A stretch of DNA of 64,000 nt, from assembly GCA_009103225.1 (NCBI GenBank), contig RHPI01002503.1:1303206-1367205 (forward strand), given 5' to 3'. Shown here piece by piece: positions 24,764 to 44,653 of this stretch. Position numbers and translations under genes: made by a program. The notes under the pieces are model-generated. The model made no database searches and had not been told where the DNA came from. It saw only the letters and a program-made list of their open reading frames with translations. The stretch is from Chlorokybus atmophyticus (lineage: Eukaryota; Plantae; Mesostigma and Chlorokybus algae). Every line of letters begins with the position of its first letter. Positions within the stretch are counted from its first letter, which is position 1.

Positions 24764-25895
24764 TGTAAGTAAGAGACCGGGTGCGATTTCCATGTCATAA
24801 GCATGTGTAGTGCTTGTGGGGTGGCTCTCACGTGGTCTGCTCTTGAGCCTATGAGGCCTTGAGTGAGATAAACTACACAAGGTATTGCATATCAGCAAGC
24901 ACAGAGCTGGTCGATACCCTTGAGACATGGCCATGTGAGCCATGTGTCCGCATGTGTGTGCATATGTTTGCATGTGCATCTGTCCGCATATGAGTGCATA
25001 TGTGAGGATATGAGGTACATACTAAATGTATGCATGTGTATGCATGCATGCGCATATGTGTGCATATGCGCGCATATGCATGCATAGGGATGCATATGTA
25101 TGCATGTGTGTGATGTCCTAGGCTAATCTGACCAGCCAAAGACGTTCACATGGCCCAAGGGTGATGTTTGTGATGTCCAAGGCTGATCTGACCAGCCAAG
25201 GACGTTCATAATGTCTGAGGCTGATGTGTGATCAGTCTTGGACATCAAACAAGAGGTCCAAGGTTTGATGTGGCAGCCCTAGATATGAGTTGTGGTCAAC
25301 GCAGCCATGACAGGGTAAGTAGCCTTGGACTTGGATGTTCCAGGTTGGAGAGCAGCAAAGAGGGGGTATATGAATGGCCTCAACAAGCGTTGAAGGGGCT
25401 CAGCATGTGCATACCGGACTTTTGTGTGTGGGGTGCCTAGTTTAGTTGTTCAAGGGGCTCTCCCTCTCATCCCATGTGGGGTGTGATGCTTGTGGCAGCT
25501 CTGCACATGTGTGTGGGGTGTGCTTGAGTGTGCATGTGTGCGGGAGCTGATTGGAGAGGTTGGTGGCATCCTCTCATTCCTTGGTGCGGTACTGTGACTT
25601 CCCCTTCAAGGTATTGCACCGTGTGTTGCTCGTCGGGCTTCCGAAAGTAAGTCCTTGTGCTTGTGCATAAATTTGCCAAGCCGTCCAGCAAGTAAGTGAG
25701 TGGTATCGTTACACCATGCCTAGACCGCTAGGGTATAAATAGCTGCTGTTCTCAGTCTGTATAATTGGAGAGAGAGCTCAATTTTGAGTCTGGAGCCTTG
25801 ACTGGCACACTGGCGACTAGGGTTTGTGTAACAAGTGAGCTCCAACCATTAGGCTTTGATAGCAAATGATGCTACCATAAGTGAGGTCTGTTACA
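24764..25895 (+). mobile_element. Probable solo LTR (~1.13 kb)
   Basis: TGTAAG...GTTACA termini with flanks ACTTA/ATTTA (5-bp TSD with one mismatch). TATAAATAG lies near 25735. There are internal tandem repeats and no coding capacity. Confidence 0.55.
24928..25250. repeat. Degenerate (CATATG)n array followed by tandem copies of a longer unit
   Basis: Recurrent catatg/catgtg units at 24928-25110. GATGTCC.AGGCT.ATCTGACCAGCCAA.GACGTTCA is repeated at ~25112 and ~25172. Confidence 0.7.
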
Positions 25896-27244
25896 ATTTA
25901 TCCCAAATCGTGATAGTCTGTGTATGCTGTGCATGGTGGCATGCAAGGGCGCTACTGGATGTGTATGAGCTTGCACAATATAGCTGTCACGCCTCCTGAG
26001 CTGCATACACTTCAAGTTGATAGACCCGCCTAAACCCGTCTAGGCAACTTAAAACCTGCTGCGCCAGCCTGAAGTCTTAGGCTGTACTCTGAGGAGTCTG
26101 GATAGTCTGCGCCCTCAGTCACCTCCGCGTCCTCCAAGTCAAGAGCTCAGCGGCAGCGGTTGCAAACAGCCGAGCATTACGCATTATATACTCACACATG
26201 GAAGGAACAGATATCTGCAACCTATCGTCATGCTATGCTATAGCAAGCGGTGTCGTGAGAACGAGTAAAGCCTTGCCTTGTAGATGTGACAATAGGTATG
26301 TCATCAATGCAAAGCTAAAAGAGAAGTATGCAAGACGGGGATTAAATGGGCTTTGCAATGGAAATGTGTGACAAACGAATAACAAGGTAATAATTAGCAG
26401 CATGCAATTCAGCATACAAGCCATGCCGTAACACGTAAGTTGCAAACGATAAGTAGATTGCAACCGAATATGATCTCATGTGCAGATTTGATGTTTAGAG
26501 GAGAATGTATGGAATTATTCCAACCCTCAATGGCATGGCAAGTTTGCAGTGTGCCGTAATAGTCCGTTATGGCACATGTAAGTATTGTTTATGCGCTGTG
26601 TGTATCAAGTATATACATATGCGGCGCATGATACCGGAGGCATACGGTGTGTACTTGCATGATGGTGCTCGCTTGCTTACGATTATCATAAAGCATCGGC
26701 AGCATGCAAAGTGTCAACTTGCATCTGCAACACAAGGGTTCCGAACCTGGGCTATGATACTGCATGCGTACACGTGTACAACCATTCATCCATGTGAGTT
26801 GATAACAATAAAACCTGCATGGAGTTCCATACAGCAAGTTGAAGGGATGTGTGTGCCAATATCCATGCAGCAGTCATAACCACTCACAAACAAGATCCAG
26901 AGCAGCATAGTCAAAGCGGACTTGCTGATATTTATGGTTGCACACGCGCATGCAGCGCGTGCGCACACACACACGTGCATGCGTGCGTGCTCATTTGGCA
27001 GCTGCTGCTGTGTGGGCTCAGCCTTATATGCATACATAGCACCCATAGCAGCAGCTGTCAATGCAGCTTTGCTCATCATTGCTTGCAGCAAGACGCGTGC
27101 TGCTACTTTCAAGATACAATGACAACTACTGATGGCGGTAGCATCCGCTCGATGCTACCGCTGCTTGTCAACGTGAGGGGTGGCAACAACTCGGACTTGG
27201 GGGATTATCTCTGCACTGCCACATACTTAACAGTTCAGTCAGTT

Positions 27245-27280
<36 letters not shown>

Positions 27281-28699
27281 GTGTGGGTAGCCTGCTGAGT
27301 AGTCCTCCAGCCATGCGATCGCCCAAGTGCCCGCTTGTCATCAGTGTGTGCACGTGCACAAGCACTGCCATGTTGTATGTATGCGCCATTGCGTGTCTGA
27401 GTCCACCGCACGCGTGTACCCCCCTGCACAGGCTCACGCTACTACTGAGCAGATGTACAGCGCTCCGCTGATGTAACTGTACCTGTAAGAACTCTGTTAC
27501 AGCAAACCTGTAACTCTACACACTACCAGGGCTGGCACTGACCCGTAATGCTGCCCTACGAGGCCTGCATCACAGTTTGTGGCTATCAGCGGGTACGCTT
27601 ACCGAGTGTGCCCGGCTGCAGTAGTAGATGCCCGGGGGGCTTTCTTCACTGCAAGCTTTATGAGTACAAATGGTGCCCAAGCTGCGCTTCCCCAAATGCT
27701 CACGTTTGCGCTTGCTTTGTGCATAGGTAACAACAGGGAGTTCACCATGGCCACTTTTGCAGCAGCTGGAGGTGGGTGGCGGAGAAGGAGTTTAGCTGAC
27801 TGCTCTGGCTTGTGCTTGCAATGGCTGTGGAGTGCAAAGACTGAGTGTGGGTACATGTCTCAGCGTGTGTGCCAAGCATGTGCTAGGCAGGGCAACTTGT
27901 GTGTAAGCACGCGTTTTTGCTGCTGTATGTACGCCGGTACGTGCGCACAAGATTGGACAGCTTATAGCATAGATCCCATAACTAGACATGTGTACCCCAC
28001 AGGCACAGCAACGACCAGCAGCAGACGTAACACGCGCTTGCGCACACACAACCACTCGCTGTGGCACGTGCTGGCACCCACCAAAAGCCACACATGCACA
28101 GACATACGCAGGCACGTGACCAGTGCACTGGTTGCGCTGCACACTTGCGCATAAGCAACATACGGGCTCGGGGCGGCAACAGTACCGTCAAGCCCAAAGT
28201 ACTTGAAGCTAGAGTAGTTGAAGTAGTAGAAACAGAACGAGAGCACACAACTTTGCCCATCACAGGCGCAGCAGCATGATGTCAAGCAGGCTGTGTCTCA
28301 GTACTGCTGTGCGTGCAGAGTCAGCACAGCTGATGCGTGTACATCAGTATAGAATCAAAGGAGTTTGAAAACGTAGCAAATAACCAGCAGGATGGTCGCA
28401 TGCATATCGCGTTGGATGAGTGTAGAGGTTGGAATGAATAGCCATATGCTCCAATTGAAAGCATTGCTGCCTGGTTTGGAAAGCGTGACGTGTGTTCTCA
28501 ATCTGCTGGAGGCTTTGCAGACTGTACAGAATAGAAGACACGCACATGGTTAGCGGAGTTGGGATAGTGCCAGCACAACCTACTGCAATCGTATAGTGTA
28601 CACAAATGCGTACGCATGCGTGTGCGAAGCAAGAGAACTGAGAGAGCATGTGTGCAAAGACACAATGCTTACCTTACAAGCTGTTAGAGAGTGAACCGC

Positions 28700-30200
28700 T
28701 CGAGGCATGCCGATTGTCAACGGCATGCGCACTGGCATCATACAGGGCAAATGGAGTCCATATACTCAGACTTGCACCCTTCTGAATGTGCTGGGGGTGC
28801 AAGCTTCATGACACATCTACAGCCCCACAGAATCATCAGTACTACTATCGCAGCTGCATTTGTTCATTCTCAAGACCGTGCATGACACTGCTGCGTTGGG
28901 GTAACGCCTGACCTGGCAGCTGTGCTCCGTTGTGAAGAAAGAGCGCTGGACGTCAACTCTGCAGTAGTTAGAGTTGGAGGCAATTCTCCTGCAAGCAATG
29001 AGGCAATGTCAGTGAGTTATGTCACACAAGTCCGATGTTTGTTGACGATGGATGGGCTGGTGCATAGGTACAACTGACGTATGCTCACACTGATACTAGC
29101 ACAATGGTAACAGCAACAACAGCACTGACAACGATGTTGGCATCCACCTGCTCTGCGTCTGTGGTCATCCGTCGGTGTGCAGCACATCTTGTATATGTAG
29201 TAGTACGCTGTCACGCCAGAGGTGGTAACCGCAATGAACACCACGCAAACAAACCTCTGGGCCGTACTCACGTGTGACCCCAGTGGCGGCCATCGTTGCG
29301 GGGACTCCCCGCCGATAGCCAGCAAACTAGCAGTCGACATTGCTTGCGGACAGGCGTGTCGATGACACGTTGTAGGACGCTCTGTAAGCTTCACACAAGG
29401 AGAAGGATTGTCAGGTGTCGATGGATGTGCACAGCATACACAATCCACTTGCTCAGCAACACCAGTCAACACATGCTACTCAAGCACCTGTAGGGAAAGA
29501 GACAGGCTCAACTCAATTGCACAGACTCAACGGTGATGTGTGACTGGTGTATACACTTGAGAAGCGGTGCTTCTATGTTCAGACCTACCAGGAGCGTTGA
29601 ACGTGTTCACCACAGTAGCAGGACCAACACGAGCATACATGTGCGTGCCTGCATGCGCGCATGTGTGGTGTATCTGCACTGCAGCAATTTTGTCACATGC
29701 GAGAACATCAGTTGTGCCTTTGTATGCGTGCTATGCTGCCCAGGCAGTATGGCTATCGCTGTTACAGACCTTGAGACAGGACAGAAGCACACCCAGAGTC
29801 AAGCAAACTCAGTGACCTGGCAAGACCATTCGCAGGCACTCTCACAACACACAGTGCATTCAACCACTGAATGCCTGCCTGCTACTGGCACTCTCACAGA
29901 CCTCTGTGTCTGTCTCTTCGTGTCTGGTCCTACGTCCTTGTCGCCTTTGGTTGGTGTGGGCGCGTGTGTGTAAGCAGAGTGTACTTGCAAGTAGTAGAGA
30001 GTGTGTATCTGTGCAATGCTGCATAGCGGCGGCGCTACATACATGCGTGTGTCCAGAAACCCCGTCATGTTGGTCGTAGATTCAAGACAGCACCAGAATC
30101 AGAACCAGAAGGAAACATGCATGCCACTCTACGAGAGGAATCCGCCGTCGCATACGGGTGTCAGCATGGTTATCATGGTTTTAAGGTGGTCACTGTGATG
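28700..30200 (+). repeat. Third, partial copy of the duplicated block (homologous to ~32800-33950 + and ~51600-49950 -)
   Basis: Shared segments such as GGCATCATACAGGG..ATGGAGT.CAT, CAGCAACAACAGC.CTGACAACGA and TATGCGTG.TA.GCTGCCCAGG. Confidence 0.7.
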
Positions 30201-32739
30201 TTATAGCAATGCTTTCATGCTTCTGTGCTGGCACATGTTACTCCACAACAGTCATTCAAGAACCGTTACAAACGACAAATGTTTTGAAAGAAGCATCAAA
30301 GAGTTGTTGCTATTGATTACATCATTCACCGTTGTGTAGTTAGTAAGCTTGAGTTCAACGTGCAATGGCAGATACCAAGATGCATAAAACATTATTTATG
30401 CAATAAGAAGTAAGTATATAATGAAGTAGGGGGGGGCCTAAACTACAAGCAGAACCCAGCGGATTGATCATTCAATAGTATTGCTTGGTATCTGTGTATT
30501 GGTCATTGTTGCGCACAACACGTGCAAAGCGTTGGATACGTGCGCGTTGAGTAAGTGAGTGTTGTCAAATGCTGCGCACACGTACCATGTATGTTATCAT
30601 TCATGAGTGCGTATCATTGCGCATTCCCTGAAGGCCACGGTTATCACATGGTCATCGGCAATGGTTGCGCATGCGTGTGCTTACTTACTAGCATGGGTAG
30701 TACCCATGCCCTCATGCATGCCTCAGCGTCACAAACGGTGCGCTTGTTCGCACTGTCTTATGTTATGTCATACCAATATGCATGACTCACTTGGCAAGTT
30801 TGTGTGCACAGGCAAGCATATGTGTCGTTGCTTCCATGCAATGTTGCATGGCAAGCAATATTATGGCGCGAACATGAACCCCAGACACTGAACAGTGTCC
30901 GAGGTTCATCGCTGACACAATTCGGGCGCATGTACCGCCCGCGCAGCCCCAGGCAAGTGGACGTACAACGCTCCCATCCCTTTGCGTGTACAGTGGCATG
31001 TTGGTGCAGAATATACACTAAACAACAAACACTTAGCTGGCCCTGGCATGCATTGCCAAATGAAGCTTTGTGTGCCATTGCTATTGTTTTTGTGAATGGC
31101 AACTGTGCGCCGGCCTGCATCAGACGGGCTTTGGATAAGTTTCATGAGTACACTGGTGCCCAAGCTTCCCCTACGGAGCTTGGACAACGGTGTGGTTACA
31201 CGTTTGCAGCTGCTCTGAGTAAAGGGTAAGAGCAGCGTGGCTACCGTGGCAGAAGGAGCTCTGCAGGCTGCTCTGGGCACATGAGCTGGCCGACGCGCAT
31301 GCCCACACTCATACGCGTGTATGCGCACACGCACGCACGCACGCACACGCACGCACATGCACATGAACTCGCATGTGTATGGGTTATAGGTGCACGCATG
31401 CATATGCACCCATACATGCACCCGCAGTCCCATGCGCACGCGTACGCAGCACATGCATGCACACCTACCAATTTCTGCGCACGTGGGCGTGCCCACACAT
31501 GCACACACGCACGCAGCCGCACACAGGTACACGCATGAGCGCGCTCACACACATGCACACATATGCCCAAGCATGTGTGATCACGAGTCACACACATGCA
31601 TGCACACCTACCGATGTCTGCGCACGTGGGCGTGCCTACACATGACACTCAACTTGTAACATTGCACTCGTGTCTTGCACTCTCTGCTGCTTTCCGTCCC
31701 GTTTCTACTCCTTTCCCCACCACACAACACCACCGATGCCACTCCTCAGCCTTGATGGTGCGTCCCCTCCTGTTGGCTGGTTCATCCTTGCGTGCGAGTT
31801 TGTCGTAGTACGCGTGATCCTGTTTGGTCTTCATGGCAGGCGCAGTTCATCCACAGCTCGATAACCAGACGCAAGCAAGAGAGCAGGTGGGCTCAGATGT
31901 CATGCGTGTGTGCATGTGCGTGCACGCACATGCGTGTGACGTAATAATGATAATAGTAATGTAAACGTAAAGTATAATAACCAAGAAACATGTTGCACAA
32001 CGCATGACAACATAACCGGACAATCTGATGAGGCCACCGATTCACTCTTTCCAAACTCGTTCCTCTGGCGGCTGCAGGGCTTGCACGCGCCGGAACTGCT
32101 CACGCTCGTTGACGTGGAAGAGGTGGGCTCCATGACTGCTGTGCGTGTGCGCGCGCGTGTACGCGTTGACTGCGCATGCGTGCGTGTTTGCAGTTAGCAT
32201 GCGTGCGTGCGTTTTGTTTCACGCGCACTTGTGTGGTTCTGTGTGAAGCGCGGAGTCACTGCATCAGCTCCTGGGGACATCACTTCAGGTGCGTGTCCGT
32301 GTTGAGCTATGCTGCGACAGCAACCGAGAGAGAAAGCTATAGGCGCCGAGAGTAATGAAACGTTGAAAAGCACACAATCTTACCGATTACAAGCATGCTA
32401 TGCAGGCTGTTTCTTCGACTACCACTGTACATCTATGAGCGCATTGTAAGCAACCACACCACACGCAGCTTTGACATAGCAACCAGGTAAGGACGGTCGT
32501 ATGTACATGACCTTGAATGAAGTAGATATGGTGCAGGTATCGCAGTAGTGAGAATAACCACCGCGATATGCTACAGCTGGAAGCGCAAAGGTTGCACAAC
32601 ATGTGAGGTGTTCATGCGCTGGAGTCACTACTGGACGCAACACAAGGCACGCACATAGTTAGCAGGGTTGGGACACATGTGCAGCTTGTGTTACCATGAC
32701 TGTGAGCAAAGGCAAAAAAGCTGTTGCAACTGTGTAGTG

Positions 32740-38620
<5,881 letters not shown>

Positions 38621-39734
38621 CGCATAGTAGTTTATGTTGCTTGCTTATGCAAGTGTCATGCTTGCAATTGAAGCTCAAGAGTGCAAAGTGTGAACGTGTG
38701 TGCAAACAAAAGTGCTGAAGCATACAAGCAAGCGCAATAGCATTACAACAGCAAGACAGACATTTAGGGGCACAGAGCTCAGAGAGTGAGCTGTACACGA
38801 CACTGACTAAACTACAAACCAAGGTAGGCTGGCAAGGAAGGATGTCAGCACCACCTGCGCAGCAGAAGTGTAGGTGTCAGGACCGGCGCAGCTGCAGTAG
38901 TCAACGATGACAACCGCAACGATGTCGACGATGACGTTTGCTGATCCAGCCCGCGCCGGGGGCCCCGTCGTCGCCATGCTTGTGTTGCAAGTCACAACCG
39001 CAGCATTGCATACATTGTAGACACGGCCTCCTGGGCAAGTAATGTGACTATGGCAATTGCTTGGGGGGGCATGCATGTTGAGATAGTGGCGGTAGAAGCG
39101 GCACATAACGTGGTGGGGATAAAGATGGTGAGATGGTCGCTGCATACTGCAACTGTGTTAAGCATGCTTGCAAATATACTGTGATGTGCAAACAATAGAT
39201 ATAATGAACTGCATGTGCAATGATGATAGCATGTATAGCGGTCTACCGAATACACACACAATGGTACATGACTACAATCACTATTGCTGTACATGGGCAT
39301 GGGCATGGGCACTCTATTGTAACCTTAGGCGCAACACAATGCCGAGGGGTTGCGTATCATTCTGAACATGCCACTACAACTGGCTCACCATGACTCACAC
39401 TTCCCGCCCTTGACTTGCCAACCGTTGGCAACATGTCTTGCATCTTTGAGTTGGTGTCGTGACCTATGATATCTATTGCTGTTGTGTCACACAGTGCATG
39501 ACAACCACCATAACATGTACAAGCTTAAGGGTACAATTCAGCGCCAGATGTCCTATTGCATGCGAAACTGCCACCAACATCTCACAGACTTGCTGGAATG
39601 TCTTGGATCACCTAAGATCAGCTCTGCAGTATACGCAGTCACACAAACGGTCACCAACAGTCTAACCCTGCACCCGCATTGAAAGTGGTGCCAACATTGC
39701 ACCACCAACCGCATGCTCAATCACACCTACGACG

Positions 39735-41822
39735 TCAGCCTGCCAAGCGACGTTGCTCTACGACTTCGCGTATAATAGCTAGATGCGCTGATGTCGGCGC
39801 GGTCACGACAGGTTCTTCACCCCAGCGGCTGGTGAAAGCGGCTTGATCGATGTCTCGCGACCACGCATAAGATGCCCGGACTCCAAGAAGGTTTGCTGCA
39901 ACCATCGCATCAAATGCAGTTGCGCCTACGATGTCTTTCAGGTCTTGCATAGGGGTGGCTCCATACGGGGACGCTAAAATGGCGTGGACAGCCACGGCAA
40001 AGTCTGTCTTCCCATACTCGACATCATGTGTAGGCGTGAACCCTGCTCGAACATCTTGCCGGATCCCGGCAACGATTGCTCCAACCGCTGCGCAAGAACA
40101 GTACTCTTAAACCACCTTGAAGAACCAACAAATGTTTATTTAATGCGCTTGCAATGCGTTCACACTAGTGTAGTACTTTAAGCCAAACATCATACCCCAT
40201 GTAAGCTCTTCAACAACCGTGTCAATGTTGACACACTTACCTTGCTGCCACAACTTGCAGCGCATGTACTCAATTGCGAGATCCTTGAGCAAACCTGCAT
40301 GTCCGCCACATGCCTGTAGACACACACTACCATCAGCAAACAATGTCACTTGCAAAACTAGACATGTGCAACGTGCAGGGTACACACATCATGTACGTAG
40401 GTCCACTCATCATCAGTTAAAGCTCCGCTGTGATAGCGCGACTGCAATTGCTGCGCAAGGTACTGTCGCGCGTCCCCTTGTGAAAACTCGCCTATCGAGT
40501 AAACCCTGCAAAACTGGTCTAGTCCTGCAGCCACGCCGTGCATGCGTCAGCGGACAAACTGTGGGAGGTGACATGAAGGTCATAGTCATCACCACAACAC
40601 AATTGTAGTAGTCAAACAATAATACTAGATAAATTGCACATTCTCTAGACCCAATGCAGGCCTGCTCAAGTTGCCTGCAGAAGCTCCACACATCACAAAC
40701 ATACGCAGCATTGCCACATTGCCGTCATCACCACACAGGCATGTACAACTTACTTTGCCCGATCCAATTGATGAACCCATATTCCGAGGACACAAGTATG
40801 ACGTGATACTGTCCTTCTTGCTTTGCCACAAGCACGAGGAACCTCAGCAGTTGGTTGAGCTCCTCAGGGTACTGGTGAGACCATGCCATCAACACGTTGG
40901 CCTCATCAATAACGAGGACAGGAATTTTGCGAGCTGCCGACACCGCGCCTTCTGCCGTCTGTGCCTTTCGCCACTCCTCTAGGATGGCGGTGAGTGCTTC
41001 CAAAGCCGCCGAAAGGGAGATAGGCTGGGCGTCCAATGCGCGATCAGCGGTCCCGGATGAAGCTAGTTTTCCCTTGAATCTCCTGAGCACATTGTTCAGC
41101 TTAATGCCAAATGTCGCGTTGCCCGCCTCTTCAGTAGTTGTAGCCAGAGCGTTCAATGCGACCCTCGCCACAGGCCGGGCAGTCTTGCTGGCCAATGCGG
41201 AGAGGGTGTCTGCTGGCAGTTGCAGACCAAAAGCTGGCACAGGAATTGTCAACAAAGCGTAGGCCAAGTCGCGAGGCGTTGTCACAGAAACTGCTCTGCA
41301 GTCGATGTAGCTGCGCGTCCCCTCCAGGCCCCTCTGCTGAACAAACGCCTTCAGAATCTTTGTCTTGCCGCAGGAGCGCGGGCCGTGGATCACAGCAACC
41401 CTTGTCGGAACGTCGCTGCACAGTGTTTCCAGCTGCTCCAGCTCGTATTCACGGTTGAACAGTTCTTCCGAAAAGATGTTCCCTGCGGTAACGGGGTCAC
41501 TGACCACAGCATAGCATGTGGTAATGTGTCTTGTCTAGATACATGCATATACCAGTGCAGCAGATAAACAGGCCAGGCAGGAGTTCAGACCCACACTGCA
41601 ATGCCTGTTAATTAAAGGCATGATATTTCCACCTTTGTTGGTGCTGCTAGGTGAAGCGGTTGCTTGAACAGTTGCTGTGTGACGAGTGGTAAAGCGCGCA
41701 CCGGCTTGGCGTCCTTGCCGTAGTCGCTGCCGCTGTTGCGGAAAGACAGACGAGGAGACAGAACCGAGAGGCCTCTTGCCAGAGACTGCTGCTGGCTGCA
41801 TCACACACGCAGACAAAGCCAT
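39735..41822 (-). CDS. Archaeal-type (ATPase_2-like) AAA+/P-loop ATPase, copy 1; the intron-1 donor appears mutated
   Basis: LFNREYELEQL, Walker A VIHGPRSCGKT, Walker B VLVIDEAN, YHVILVSSE. Downstream exons give VYSIGEFS..ACGGH..VVTAPTSAHLAII. The N-terminus is transit-peptide-like. The GT donor seen in copy 2 (ACTG|GTAGGC) reads ATTAACAGGC here. Confidence 0.75.
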
Positions 41823-42469
41823 GACTACACGCGCGTGCAAAGGGGAGCTGCCGCCTGCACACCAAAAACACTTACTTGATCTTTTGCTCAACAATCAAGA
41901 ATGCGGATGCCTGCTGCGAAATCAATTATGCACACACAGAAATTTGCTGCGTAATAATGCATGTGGTGCGTGGCCACTATGCCGAGTACTTCAGTACTAC
42001 CACAGGCATAGATCCAGTTCAAAACAATGCATGTTGACACACACGCCCAGCGCAAATGCACAGGAAAGGCTTGCAGACGTGATAATGGGCATAGCACCAA
42101 TTGTACTGCACACGAGCGCCAACAAATGCACATGGCTGCATGAAAGTACTACACGGCAAGAAAGTCATGCTAGCCCCTCCCCCCCCCCCTCTGTGGCATT
42201 GCAGAGCGGGACGCGTCCAGGTTGCATTAATTCAACAAGCCGCAAGCATGGCCATGTGCAAACAGTGGGTTAGCTGTGCTGTCCGCAAACCCGGACTCCA
42301 ACCACAGGAATGATCCTCAGCAAGCAGCATACGTGTGGGATTCGAGGCGAGCTGACACCCCGCACACGCACATGTACATTTGCTTTCCCTGAAAACCACA
42401 CAGCACATGCACCGGGTGAAGACTGTTCCCGTCGCTCACACCCTACTTTCTCTCCCTCGCTCGCCCCTG

Positions 42470-44653
42470 CACATCGCATCCACAGCGGTGCTTACCTCAC
42501 CGGGTGGGACGCGGAGACAGCCGTCGCTTGTCTGATGGCTGGACTCCTCCTTGTCGTCCTGCCCCTGCCCCTGCCCCTTAACGACGACTATGTCGTCCGC
42601 CGCCCCCGCCGCCCCACTCGCTGTGCTACAACACTGACTAGTACAGGAGGGCGAGAGACTCCAAGACAGAGCAACGAGACGAGTCCAGCGCCGCTTGATA
42701 AGTTGCTTCTTTGCTTGAAGCGGAGCTGAGCGGCGATGAGGAGGAGGATGAGGAGGAGGAGGACGGGAATGGTTACCCTGCGGATGGTGATCTCGCGAGC
42801 TTGCTGAGTTTGCAGGGGTGACGACGTTGGAGGTTAGCAACACGCTGCCTGACAGAGAGATTTTTCTGCAGCAGCATTCAGCATGCGCCTGTGCGCCTGA
42901 GTCAGTGCATGTGAGCGTGGGTGTAAGCCTAGAAGTTCATGTTACACTGGCAATTTGTACGCTGAACACGCGTTTCCCTCGCACACAGTGCCAGCATAGA
43001 GCATACCATCCCGCACACACTCGGCAACACAACTACCAACCAGCAAACCAACCGACAAACAGTCTCAACAAACAAACACACCCAACCATTTGAGCGCACA
43101 CCAGCCACCTCAGCTCTAAAGCAACGCAAACCCACCAAGGATCAAGGAAGGTGTGTGTGCACAACATAGCAGCTGATGTTGTTGGGGATGTCTGTGGTTC
43201 GCAGAGTAAAAGTGGATGTGCAACGTACAAGTGATGACAACATTGAGCATCATCACCAAGTGGATAGGCGGTTGCGCTACCATTGACCAAGTGAGTGTTG
43301 TTATACTGTGACCTCACATACCGAGCGTGCTGGCGCACACGCACGCTCACACGCATGTAGGCTTACATGCACAAGCATGCGTACACGCACAGGTCAAAGC
43401 AAAGTGTGCCCACCTCACCCAGGCATGCGCAGGGTGTGCATTTGCTGCAGCCTGGAGCAAAGCACCAAAGCGGGTGGAGTGGAAGCCAACGGCGGGTCAG
43501 CAAGTTGGGGTGTCAATCTTAAACACGACCACCCAGGTGAGTCGTTGGAACAGCACAGGTGATGAGTATTTGGCTCTGTGTGTGTGTGTTTGCGTGTGCG
43601 CGAGTGCGCTTGTGCACGCACACGCATGCGCACGTGCGCAGTTTGTCAAAAAATGTGATACCTTTGTGTGCGCATTGGCTGACTGCGCATCATAACACTG
43701 GTCTCTAGTTGAGCGAGCATGAGGCCAACCTTCTGTGCAAACTCAAGGTTGCAAAGGTTCTGAACTCCTAATGCTTCAATGGACCTGGACCACACGCTAT
43801 TCACCTCCGCCTCGCCACGCGGACCTGACCCAGGAAGACATGTCCAAGTTGGAGAGCATGCTATGTTGCGTTACTGTACCACCTCAAGCACCTGGCCATC
43901 TGGATCAAGCTGAGACCATGCGTGAGGGAGTTTATGCGGAGGGCGGGGGAGAGGCACTTCGTATTTGTGTACACGATGGGGGAACGCGTGTACGCCGACA
44001 GATGGCGAGGGTGCTTGATTGGACGGACTGGGTTGTTGACCTACACGTGTTATCTCTCGCATTCAACAGCACCGGCCGCACGCTAGAGGAGCTCGATATC
44101 GTGCTCATGGCAGACACTGCTGTCCTCAGTCTTCCGTTCACGTACTGTGTGAGATTTGCGTTTAGGACACACCAACACGCACACGCACGCATGAGCACAT
44201 GCGCAAGCGCAAACATCCGCACCCATATGCTTGCGTGCGCAACAGTGTATCATACAATTGCACGCATGGATGCTCACGAGTGTATGTGTCGTGCAGGGGC
44301 GACCAAAGCGCAGAGCCAATCTCATTGTGTTTGAGCGCTATCACTACTTCCCAAGCCGCCAACTGCCAGTTCGTCTTGCCGGTAGTACCGGTAGGACTCG
44401 TTGTGTAACAAACTTGTTGTGTCATGCATTGCATCCAAGTGTGCAATCTCTCTGTACAGGGCTCGTCCGTGTTTGGCTCGGGATACGACGAAGACTCGCA
44501 GAAGGGGATGCATCCCAGCATATTGGACGTGACTGTGCAACATCCATGAAGCTTTTTTCTCCTTGTCAAGACAAGTGCACACTCAGACTTGCTTACTGCT
44601 TGTGTGAGGGTTTGTTAATTTGCATAGTTTGTCGCACTGAAGGCTTCTGTTAA
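42470..44653 (+). pseudogene. Degraded multi-exon gene of unknown function, divergent from ATPase copy 1
   Basis: The 3' exons splice in phase (to 43546; ~43833-44148; 44297-~44390; 44460-44653). The 5' part has stops and frameshifts. A partial mirror copy lies at ~52500-53700 on the minus strand. Confidence 0.4.
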
